Part shown: positions 23,893-32,000 of the stretch, piece by piece | Layout: each line of letters opens with the position of its first letter | Numbering within the stretch: position 1 is the stretch's first letter | From: Sulfolobus acidocaldarius DSM 639 | Lineage (GTDB): Archaea > Thermoproteota > Thermoprotei_A > Sulfolobales > Sulfolobaceae | Direction: 5' to 3' | DNA length: 32,000 bases | NCBI RefSeq assembly: GCF_000012285.1 | Contig: NC_007181.1 | Location: forward strand, 390,001-422,000 | Notes under the pieces: model-generated | Database searches by the model: none | What the model was told of the DNA's origin: nothing | What the model saw: the letters and a program-made list of their open reading frames with translations, nothing else | Program-made: the position numbers and the translations under genes

Positions 23893-24879
23893 CTATTTTT
23901 CTTTTTCCTCAGCTTGGTTGGTCTCTAACAGAGATCTGACCTTTTCTTCTACCTCAGAAATATATTCGTCAAACTCGTCCGACTTATAGAGCTTACTTAT
24001 TTCTTTTTTAAGCTCTACCAAGTTTTCTAATATTTCCTTCTGATGATCTTTTACATCTTTCAAATACTCCCAATCTTCATCAGTTCTACCCTTAGTAAAC
24101 CTCTTTATGTAAGCGTTTGTCAAAAACGCTGTATAAAGAAGGTAATCAAACAACTTTTGATTACCAAGGTCTAGCATGCTCAGTATTTGGTCTAGTAGGT
24201 AAGGTTCATCTATGAGTGTAGAGATTATCAGTTTTTGCTCATCAGACAATTGCTTACAGTATCCCTCAGCCTCCTCTGGTGGTGAAAGTAAGCACAATCT
24301 CATCAAGTTAAGTATTCTATCGTTTAGATTCCTCAGACTGAAACTATTTACTAAATCCTTTCTAATATTAAGCAATTCGTCATATCTTCTTTTCTCAGGT
24401 GGTTTAGTTATATATTCCTTTACTCTTCTATATAACCTTCCTAGTTCTCGTTGTTTTAGCTCAAACATCAGCTTGCTAGTCGTAGATAGAAGTTCAGCTA
24501 TATGGGACTTCCCTATAGGGTCATGTTTAAGTTTTTCCGCAATTTTCTCTTCATTTACAGCGTCCTTTACTAAGTTGGTAAAGCTGTTTATGACATTCTG
24601 AACTAGCCTAGGGAACCTTAAGTGGGCTTTATTACTAACAGAGATAATAGAGACGGGGAGTAGTATTAATACCCCATAGCCGGCCAAAAAAGCCTTAGAG
24701 AAATTCTCATAGGAAGACGCTATGTCCTCTATCTTTTTTTCCTCCAAAGCTTCAACATCTGTTATCTCGCTGGCCTTGGTTTTAAGGTACTCATAAGTGG
24801 CTATCGCACCTTCTGCGTTCTTAATTGCATCCCTAATATAACTGTAAAACAGAGACTTCTTCCTGCTAGGCTGACTCAG
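23893..24879 (-). CDS. Helical protein with one TM segment, cassette 1 partner; the canonical start is lost
   Basis: The track ORF starts at TTG 24747. Homology to the paralog 25699..26682 continues in frame up to 24879, where CTG replaces the paralog's TTG start. The TM-like segment is FLAGYGVLILLPVSIISV. Confidence 0.55.
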   Translation of the reverse strand: MSQPSRKKSLFYSYIRDAIKNAEGAIATYEYLKTKASEITDVEALEEKKIEDIASSYENFSKAFLAGYGVLILLPVSIISVSNKAHLRFPRLVQNVINSFTNLVKDAVNEEKIAEKLKHDPIGKSHIAELLSTTSKLMFELKQRELGRLYRRVKEYITKPPEKRRYDELLNIRKDLVNSFSLRNLNDRILNLMRLCLLSPPEEAEGYCKQLSDEQKLIISTLIDEPYLLDQILSMLDLGNQKLFDYLLYTAFLTNAYIKRFTKGRTDEDWEYLKDVKDHQKEILENLVELKKEISKLYKSDEFDEYISEVEEKVRSLLETNQAEEKEK

Positions 24880-24881
24880 CC

Positions 24882-25328
24882 TTATTTCCCTCTCAATATC
24901 TTATCCCGTATAATGGAGTAACTGGTATACTCAGGATAACGATAATAGACGTATTTTAAAATCTCGCTCCTACTTTTCCTTACCCACTCCCTAAAGAAGT
25001 CCAATACTTTTTTGTCTACTCCCTTTATTTCCATGTCTTTAGCTAATACATATTTCCTCCTCACTCCTACCACAAAGCCAGTTATCATATCCTCCACCGG
25101 GTCTTCCTCCACGCTCACTATTCCTGCGTCAATAAGCTTGTTTATTTTATTTTGCAGATACTCAGAGTAAGGGCCAAAATAAAAAGGCTCAAATCCTAAT
25201 CCTAAATCAACACCTCCTTCCTTTTCTAACAAAAAGAATATCTTCTGGAGCTTTGTAGCAGTTACCTCAGCATTTTCCTCCTTTGCCACCTTAAGGAGGG
25301 CAAGGATGTAATTGTCAACAGTGTCCAT
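24882..25328 (-). CDS. Panacea/SocA (DUF4065)-like putative antitoxin, cassette 1
   Basis: TATKLQKIFFLLEKEGG...FEPFYFGPYSEYL resembles the recalled DUF4065 pattern (KLQKLLYy...f.aw.yGPv). The start is set at MDTVDN, as in the paralog. Confidence 0.55.
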   Translation of the reverse strand: MDTVDNYILALLKVAKEENAEVTATKLQKIFFLLEKEGGVDLGLGFEPFYFGPYSEYLQNKINKLIDAGIVSVEEDPVEDMITGFVVGVRRKYVLAKDMEIKGVDKKVLDFFREWVRKSRSEILKYVYYRYPEYTSYSIIRDKILRGK

Positions 25329-25472
25329 AAATGCCACCAACTAAAATATAGTTTACACTTTAAGCATTTATTTTTTAATACGGGGTCTTCATCGAAACTA
25401 AATAGAAAACTATGGAGTTAATTTAACACCTCATCCAAATCCTTTTTATACACTCCCAATGAGTTTACACAT

Positions 25473-25625
25473 ATGAAGATTGAGAAGAGAGAGGGTGAAG
25501 AGGAAGTAGACATAATCTTTGAGAGCAAGGAAGATCTAGAGGAGTTTAGACAACTACTTATTAAGAAGTATTATGAGCTTAATCCCGACCGCAAACCTCC
25601 TTATGGGACCCAATCCTCCAGATAA
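25473..25625 (+). CDS. Small acidic ORF (50 aa) divergent from cassette 1, not in the ORF track
   Basis: MKIEKREGEEEVDIIFESKEDLEEFRQLLIKKYYELNPDRKPPYGTQSSR. It is conserved with 27271..27429. Confidence 0.45.
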   Translation: MKIEKREGEEEVDIIFESKEDLEEFRQLLIKKYYELNPDRKPPYGTQSSR

Positions 25626-25642
25626 TCATGAACAGTTTTCGT

Positions 25643-25690
25643 CTGGCTTCCTGCCCGCCCTGAGGGGCGAGGCTTGTCTCATCTTTGTCA
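25643..25690 (-). repeat. Hairpin unit (PATE/REP-like) at the junction of the two cassettes
   Basis: ctggcttcctgcccgccctgaggggcgaggcttgtctcatctttgtca. Confidence 0.65.
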
Positions 25691-25698
25691 GAAGCTTC

Positions 25699-26682
25699 CT
25701 ATTTTTCCTCATCTTGGTCAGTCTTTAGCAAAGACCTAGCCTTTTCCTCAATATCAGCTAAGACTTCGTCAAACTCATCGTTGTACGCTATTTCATATAA
25801 GGCATCACTAACGTGTTTTAGGTTATCAAGCATCTCTTTTTGGTGATCCCTAAGTTCTTCTAAGTATTTTTCGTCCACATCTTCCCTACCTTCGGAATAC
25901 GCAGCAATCCCGCTTGCGGCATGCGCTAAATATGCCGTATATAGTAGAGTGTCGAGGAGCTCATATACGCCTAAATCCATTATGCTTAGAATTTGATCCA
26001 AAAGGTAAGGTTTATCTAACAAAATTTTCAAAACTTTCTTATCCTTTTCGCTCAGTGCCTGACAGTATTCAGCAGACTCTTCAGGATAGGACAGTAAGCA
26101 TTCTTCCAATAGGGAAGTTACCTCATTGCTTAACTCTCTAAGCGTAAATGAAACTGTAATTTTCTTTCTTAGGTCTTGAAGTTCTTTATAATTTCTATCT
26201 TTGGGAGGCTTCTCTATGAATCTATTTATATCGTCAAACAGTTTCTTTAACTCGGTCTGCCCCAGTTCATTTAACAACTCGCTAGAGGCTCTAAGTAGTT
26301 CCACTATCTTAGATCCTCCTACAGGGTCGTGGCCCAGCTTTTTCTTTATGACCTTAGGCGAAGTTCCCTGCCTAATTAACTCTCTAAAAGAGTTCTCTAT
26401 TCTCTGAAGATGTCTAGGAAACCTCAGATTAGCATTTGAATTCACAGAAAATATTGCAACTGGTATAAGTATAATAGTGCCATAAGTAGAAAGCAAAGCC
26501 TTTGAGAAGGCCTCATAGGCCCTTGCTATACTAAACATCTTTTTCTCTTCGAGAGAACGGACATCCTTTACCTCTTCAGCCTTGTTTTGTAACCTATCAT
26601 ACGCCGCTTGGGCCTCTTCAAAAAAACCTATGCCATCTCTAACAAAGTTGTTAAAGATCGACCTCTTCTTACGCGTTCCCAA
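25699..26682 (-). CDS. Helical protein with one TM segment, cassette 2 partner (TTG start)
   Basis: 327 aa with LLSTYGTIILIPVAIFSV. It overlaps the upstream Panacea-like gene by 14 nt. Confidence 0.6.
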   Translation of the reverse strand: MGTRKKRSIFNNFVRDGIGFFEEAQAAYDRLQNKAEEVKDVRSLEEKKMFSIARAYEAFSKALLSTYGTIILIPVAIFSVNSNANLRFPRHLQRIENSFRELIRQGTSPKVIKKKLGHDPVGGSKIVELLRASSELLNELGQTELKKLFDDINRFIEKPPKDRNYKELQDLRKKITVSFTLRELSNEVTSLLEECLLSYPEESAEYCQALSEKDKKVLKILLDKPYLLDQILSIMDLGVYELLDTLLYTAYLAHAASGIAAYSEGREDVDEKYLEELRDHQKEMLDNLKHVSDALYEIAYNDEFDEVLADIEEKARSLLKTDQDEEK

Positions 26683-27130
26683 TAAGTTTTCCCCTAATCA
26701 CCTTATCCCTTATTACAGAGTATCTAGTGTAGTCAGGGTAACGTCTGTAAACGTAAGTTAGTATTTCCTGTCTGGGCTTGGATACCCACTCCTTGAAGAA
26801 CTGTATGATTTCATTCCTTACATTATCCACTTTGACGTCATTTGCTAGTACATACTTCCTCTTTATGCCTATGGTGAGCCCTGATATGACGTCTTTGACC
26901 TCTTCTTCCTCAACGTCGACCATACCGAGCTCAATCAGACTGTTAATACGGTCTTGGAGTAGCTTTGAGTATGGTCCAAACAACCATGGTTCAAAGTTTA
27001 GACCTAGATTAACTCCTCCCTCCTTTTCTAACAAAAAGAATATCTTCTGGAGCTTTGTAGCAGTTACCTCAGCATTTTCCTCCTTTGCCACCTTAAGGAG
27101 GGCAAGGATGTAATTGTCAACAGTGTCCAT
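26669..27130 (-). CDS. Panacea/SocA (DUF4065)-like putative antitoxin, cassette 2
   Basis: 153 aa. TATKLQKIFFLLEKEGG...FEPWLFGPYSKLL. Confidence 0.55.
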   Translation of the reverse strand: MDTVDNYILALLKVAKEENAEVTATKLQKIFFLLEKEGGVNLGLNFEPWLFGPYSKLLQDRINSLIELGMVDVEEEEVKDVISGLTIGIKRKYVLANDVKVDNVRNEIIQFFKEWVSKPRQEILTYVYRRYPDYTRYSVIRDKVIRGKLIGNA

Positions 27131-27270
27131 GAGTATATCACCAACTAGATGTTTTCATTTTAAGTATTTATTTAAAGATGGAGTCTTCCTCAAAACTAAA
27201 TAGAAAACTATGGAGTTAATTTAACACCTCATCCAAATCCTTTTTATCCACTCCCAATGAGTTTACATAT

Positions 27271-27429
27271 ATGAAAATAGTAAAGAGAGAAGGTGAAGAG
27301 GAAACTGACATAATCTTTGAGAGCAAGGAGGAACTTGACAGATTTTTTGACGAGCTTATTAAGGAAGCTGAGGAAAGGGAAAAGGCTAGAAGTAAACCTT
27401 CTCATGAGGATAATTCGTTAAAGTTTTAA
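27271..27429 (+). CDS. Small acidic ORF (52 aa) divergent from cassette 2, not in the ORF track
   Basis: MKIVKREGEEETDIIFESKEELDRFFDELIKEAEEREKARSKPSHEDNSLKF. Confidence 0.45.
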   Translation: MKIVKREGEEETDIIFESKEELDRFFDELIKEAEEREKARSKPSHEDNSLKF

Positions 27430-27451
27430 GTATAGAAGATAAGAATAATAG

Positions 27452-27524
27452 TGGGGCGGGTCAGCCTAGGTGGACTCTTCATCGGATCTGCGTGTCAGCC
27501 ATTCATCACCAGACCCCGCCCCGC
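27452..27524 (-). ncRNA. Candidate C/D box sRNA (2'-O-methylation guide)
   Basis: The minus strand reads GGGGCGGGGUCUG-GUGAUGA-AUGGCUGACACG-CAGA-UC-CGAUGA-..-CUGA-CCCGCCCC. It has a perfect C box and D box 38 nt apart, degenerate D' and C' boxes, and a GC terminal stem, all inside an AT-rich spacer. Alternatively it is two degenerate RE tails. Confidence 0.4.
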
Positions 27525-27610
27525 CAATTCTACTTCTGTAAAAACACATTTGAAAATCTTTCGCTTTCTTATTTTTATTATCTTTAATATCGTGATTGTA
27601 ATAATATTAC

Positions 27611-29241
<1,631 letters not shown>

Positions 29242-29323
29242 TTCCTAATAATATAACAAGTAATACAAATAGACCTAAGGCTCTCATTTTTACTCAAACT
29301 ATACTATTTTAAAACTGGATAAG

Positions 29324-29875
29324 ATGATGGTAAGTGTTTACTTTACCATATTGATGTCAATTTCTTTAATGGTATTCTATGAGGCTACGATGTATAGGCT
29401 TGTAAAGAATAGTGTATACTTGTATCGTATTAATAATGTAGAGGTACGTTTACTTGATAGGGGCGAAGAGAACGCTATATATGTAAACACTCTACTCCTC
29501 AAGAAGAAAATTATCCTTCTGAAGAGAGACCTCCCTGAAACTATACTTAAGCATGAGTTGGGCCACGTTGAACAAGTCAACATATACTATTTAGGATTAA
29601 TATTAGCGCCGTGGGTGGCGTCATGCAATGTTCTGCTCCTTATTCCACTGGCCTTTACGATTAAGGCCATTGGGGTTTACTTGGAGTATAAAGCAGATAA
29701 AGCGGTGGGTAAGCCCCTTAAGTTCAATGATCCTAAGCCACGACCTAAAAGTAGACTGAAGAGGCTTTACGCATGGATATTAGAAAACCATCCACCTGAT
29801 TGGGTAAGAATGAGGGAAGACTATTTGCAAAAAAACATTGTAACTTTATTTCTGAGAGACATACTTAATGGCTAA
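29324..29875 (+). CDS. Small membrane-bound M48 (HtpX-like) zinc metalloprotease
   Basis: HELGH (HExxH), a downstream EYKADKA (ExxAD) and ENHPPDWVRM (HPPxxxR), plus TM segments. Confidence 0.65.
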   Translation: MMVSVYFTILMSISLMVFYEATMYRLVKNSVYLYRINNVEVRLLDRGEENAIYVNTLLLKKKIILLKRDLPETILKHELGHVEQVNIYYLGLILAPWVASCNVLLLIPLAFTIKAIGVYLEYKADKAVGKPLKFNDPKPRPKSRLKRLYAWILENHPPDWVRMREDYLQKNIVTLFLRDILNG

Positions 29876-30159
29876 CTCCTCCTTAAGCTCCTTACCCTCC
29901 TGTACTCCATTATGCCTCCGACGAGGGCGGCAAACCCAAGTATCCCCAGGAAGTCGCCTATATAGGAAGCGTCGTTGCCCAGTAGCGATTTGAATGAGCT
30001 GTCGAACGTAGATGCTATCGAGCCCCCTAACATCGCTAGGCCTGCCAGTATCCCTCCCATCGCTCCGTCGTGGTTGCCCTTCCTGTACTGGAGCACTGGG
30101 GTTGCTATTTTTATGGCGCCCTTCCTTACTGCCGACACTATTTTGTTTAGTAGCTTCAT
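29872..30159 (-). CDS. Small Gly-rich membrane protein (95 aa)
   Basis: GAMGGILAGLAMLGGSIAS and GILGFAALVGGI hydrophobic segments. The antisense ORF 29975..30211 is rejected. Confidence 0.5.
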   Translation of the reverse strand: MKLLNKIVSAVRKGAIKIATPVLQYRKGNHDGAMGGILAGLAMLGGSIASTFDSSFKSLLGNDASYIGDFLGILGFAALVGGIMEYRRVRSLRRS

Positions 30160-30207
30160 CTTGCTTCAGAATGTATTGTTTTTAAAAGCTGGTAAAGTGG
30201 AAACAGA

Positions 30208-30777
30208 ATGAAAGAAGAGCGGATCGGCTGGATTTATACTATCAGCTCACTCGAAGAGAAGAGCTTCCCGTTGTGGATTAAGCAGGTCAGTCTGAAACAG
30301 TTGGCAGTAATCTTCCCTAGTGCACTGCTTGCGTTAATATTCTTCAGCAAGAGCATACTTATTGCAATGGCTTCGCTGATCCCAGCAATTTACATCATAA
30401 CGTATGACGAAAAGAGTATGGACGAGTTCCAGTATGTCTACCACTTCGTTAAGTTCTATTTGCTAAACCTAATAGCACCTAGCGAGAAGAAAGAGAAGAA
30501 GCTGAAAGAAGAGAAAGAGAAGATCGTAGAGGGGAAGACTACGAAAAAGAGCGTGAGCTTGAGCGAGATAATTGCAAAGTATAAGCAAAAAATGTTGATG
30601 TACAAGAAGAGGGTAATAAGGGCAGGGGTAAGCGGAACGACCCTTGCCGTGTTGCTCATTTTAGTTGCTAGAGACTTCATAACAATAGCAAGTAATCTGA
30701 TGTATTTGGTCGCGGTCTCTATCGTTATCGCCGTTGCAATTATAGAGTTCCTTAGATCCATTTACGGGAAGATCTAG
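30208..30777 (+). CDS. Membrane protein (189 aa) with a Lys/Glu-rich central linker
   Basis: There are TM segments at both ends and a KKEKKLKEEKEK linker. A C-terminal paralog fragment lies at 31591-31689. Confidence 0.55.
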   Translation: MKEERIGWIYTISSLEEKSFPLWIKQVSLKQLAVIFPSALLALIFFSKSILIAMASLIPAIYIITYDEKSMDEFQYVYHFVKFYLLNLIAPSEKKEKKLKEEKEKIVEGKTTKKSVSLSEIIAKYKQKMLMYKKRVIRAGVSGTTLAVLLILVARDFITIASNLMYLVAVSIVIAVAIIEFLRSIYGKI

Positions 30778-30929
30778 TCAGATTTTATGAGCTCTACTTT
30801 TCTTCTTGACTTCAGACCTCCAGCACTCTGCGGGTCGTTAAGATAGATCAATAGCTCCATAGGATATCCTTTATACTTTCTCGCCAGCTCTACTATTTCT
30901 TTAGGGTCTTTCACTTTGATTACATACAT
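30774..30929 (-). CDS. Small conserved ORF (51 aa), not in the ORF track
   Basis: MYVIKVKDPKEIVELARKYKGYPMELLIYLNDPQSAGGLKSRRKVELIKSD. A paralog lies at 31702..31857. Confidence 0.5.
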   Translation of the reverse strand: MYVIKVKDPKEIVELARKYKGYPMELLIYLNDPQSAGGLKSRRKVELIKSD

Positions 30930-31090
30930 ATGCTATTATTAACTTCTCAGTTTTTAACGTTTAACTATCCGTGAGTTAGCCCTAAAATTAAGGGCAACTC
31001 CCCGGGAGTTTAAGGGGGGAGTTAAAGGGAAAAATAACGCCAGCTCAAGAAGAGCTAAACGTTTAAATTTTTTGAATAGAATAGATAATT

Positions 31091-31513
31091 ATGGGAATGG
31101 AAAGAGAATTTAGATACAATGAATTGGTATTTCTGAATCAGCTCCAGACTAGGTATCAATTATTTACTTCGAGAGTGATGCAAGGGCTATACGCAGTAAA
31201 CCAGGAGGGCATTTTCTTAGCGAAGAGAGGCAAGACAGCGAAGCAGAGGTTCCTAGGAAAAGGTGGTGATATAGTAGTAGCTGAGAAAGTCGCTGACTGG
31301 GGCGAAGTTAAGTCAGTCATCGTTATGAATGTAAGGCAAGAAAACGTAGCCAATAGGCCTAGTCTAACTTTGAATATCTTATCGCCAGTCTACAAAGAGA
31401 TCGGCGACTGGCGAGTAATCTTGAAAGACGGCAGAGAAATAGTAATACCTAATGTTGATGACCCGTACAATAAACTAAATTATGTAAAAACAAGGTTTAA
31501 CTTGATGTTTTGA
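31091..31513 (+). CDS. Hypothetical protein (140 aa)
   Basis: ORF with normal composition. The antisense ORF 31156..31353 is rejected. Confidence 0.55.
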   Translation: MGMEREFRYNELVFLNQLQTRYQLFTSRVMQGLYAVNQEGIFLAKRGKTAKQRFLGKGGDIVVAEKVADWGEVKSVIVMNVRQENVANRPSLTLNILSPVYKEIGDWRVILKDGREIVIPNVDDPYNKLNYVKTRFNLMF

Positions 31514-31550
31514 GCTTTTTTACATGTAGTTGCGTCTTCTTTCTTCTTCA

Positions 31551-31590
<40 letters not shown>

Positions 31591-31593
<3 letters not shown>

Positions 31594-31689
31594 GTAATAG
31601 CAAGTAACGTTGCACTTTTACTCATAATCTCTCTGGTTATCGGTATAACAATAGTAGAATTGTTGAGAAGCATTTACGGAAAACTGTGA
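31591..31689 (+). pseudogene. C-terminal fragment of a paralog of the 30208..30777 membrane protein
   Basis: SVIASNVALLLIISLVIGITIVELLRSIYGKL* aligns with ...TIASNLMYLVAVSIVIAVAIIEFLRSIYGKI*. There is no matching upstream coding sequence left of the hairpin. Confidence 0.65.
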
Positions 31690-31701
31690 TCAATCCTCTG
31701 A

Positions 31702-31857
31702 TCAATCAGCTCTTATTATTTCAACTTTCCTTTTTAGCCTTAAGCCCCCTATGACCCGAGGGTTATTTATGTATAAAATCAGCTCCATCGGGTAGTCGCT
31801 GTACTGCTTAGCCAATTTTATTATATCTTTTGGGTCTTTTGCTTTTACGACAAACAT
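31702..31857 (-). CDS. Small conserved ORF (51 aa), paralog of 30774..30929
   Basis: MFVVKAKDPKDIIKLAKQYSDYPMELILYINNPRVIGGLRLKRKVEIIRAD. Confidence 0.5.
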   Translation of the reverse strand: MFVVKAKDPKDIIKLAKQYSDYPMELILYINNPRVIGGLRLKRKVEIIRAD

Positions 31858-32000
31858 AAGCTAATTATTGTGTTGCAAAATTTAAACGTTTAGCTGGCGT
31901 TGAGCTAGCCCTAAGATTTAGGGAAGCTCACCTTGAATTTGAGGGGGAGCTAAAGGGAAAATAAGGTATAGCTCAAGAAGAGCTTAAGGTTTAAATTTCT

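Overview
This is an AT-rich crenarchaeal window that looks like Sulfolobales: leaderless-type TATA promoters, an SSV-type integrase fragment and tnpB-only IS200/IS605 elements. I saw no CRISPR array and no rRNA.

**Layout**
- **1 to about 5.1 kb, ordinary chromosome.** It holds a minus-strand operon (CitG-like, minimal nucleotidyltransferase, ASKHA/DUF1464-like, two unknowns) and a vapBC pair.
- **5126-5216, tRNA-Glu(UUC).** It carries a 16-nt D-arm insert. It is overlapped antisense by the N-terminal fragment of a partitioned SSV-type integrase. I read this as the left junction of an integrated element. No second att copy and no Int(C) is visible in the window.
- **About 5.4 to 32 kb, accessory island.**

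**Contents of the island**
1. A HerA-like ATPase (deviant P-loop, Q/S-rich N-terminus) with a NurA-like nuclease.
2. A convergent, translationally coupled 7-gene operon ending in a DndC-like PP-loop enzyme. It includes three small ORFs absent from the ORF track and has a palindromic operator pair in its promoter.
3. An array of seven small wHTH genes. One is split precisely by a 2.53-kb hairpin-bounded IS200/IS605-type block that carries tnpB plus three passenger genes.
4. About ten copies of a 40-50 bp hairpin unit (PATE/REP-like), located at gene 3' ends and at rearrangement junctions.
5. A second, decayed tnpB abutting an inverted 367-bp tnpB-less derivative that keeps only the omega-RNA-coding end.
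6. Two 325-393 bp MITEs plus solo termini.
7. A PIN-like pair.
8. A tandemly duplicated Panacea/SocA-like plus membrane-helical partner cassette, with a 110-bp perfectly identical tract.
9. A candidate C/D box sRNA.
10. An M48-protease and membrane-protein block with a segmental duplication.

**Best candidates for an undescribed system**
- The HerA/NurA-like pair together with the DndC-like operon.
- The duplicated Panacea-like cassettes.

All family assignments come from motif recognition by eye, not from database searches.
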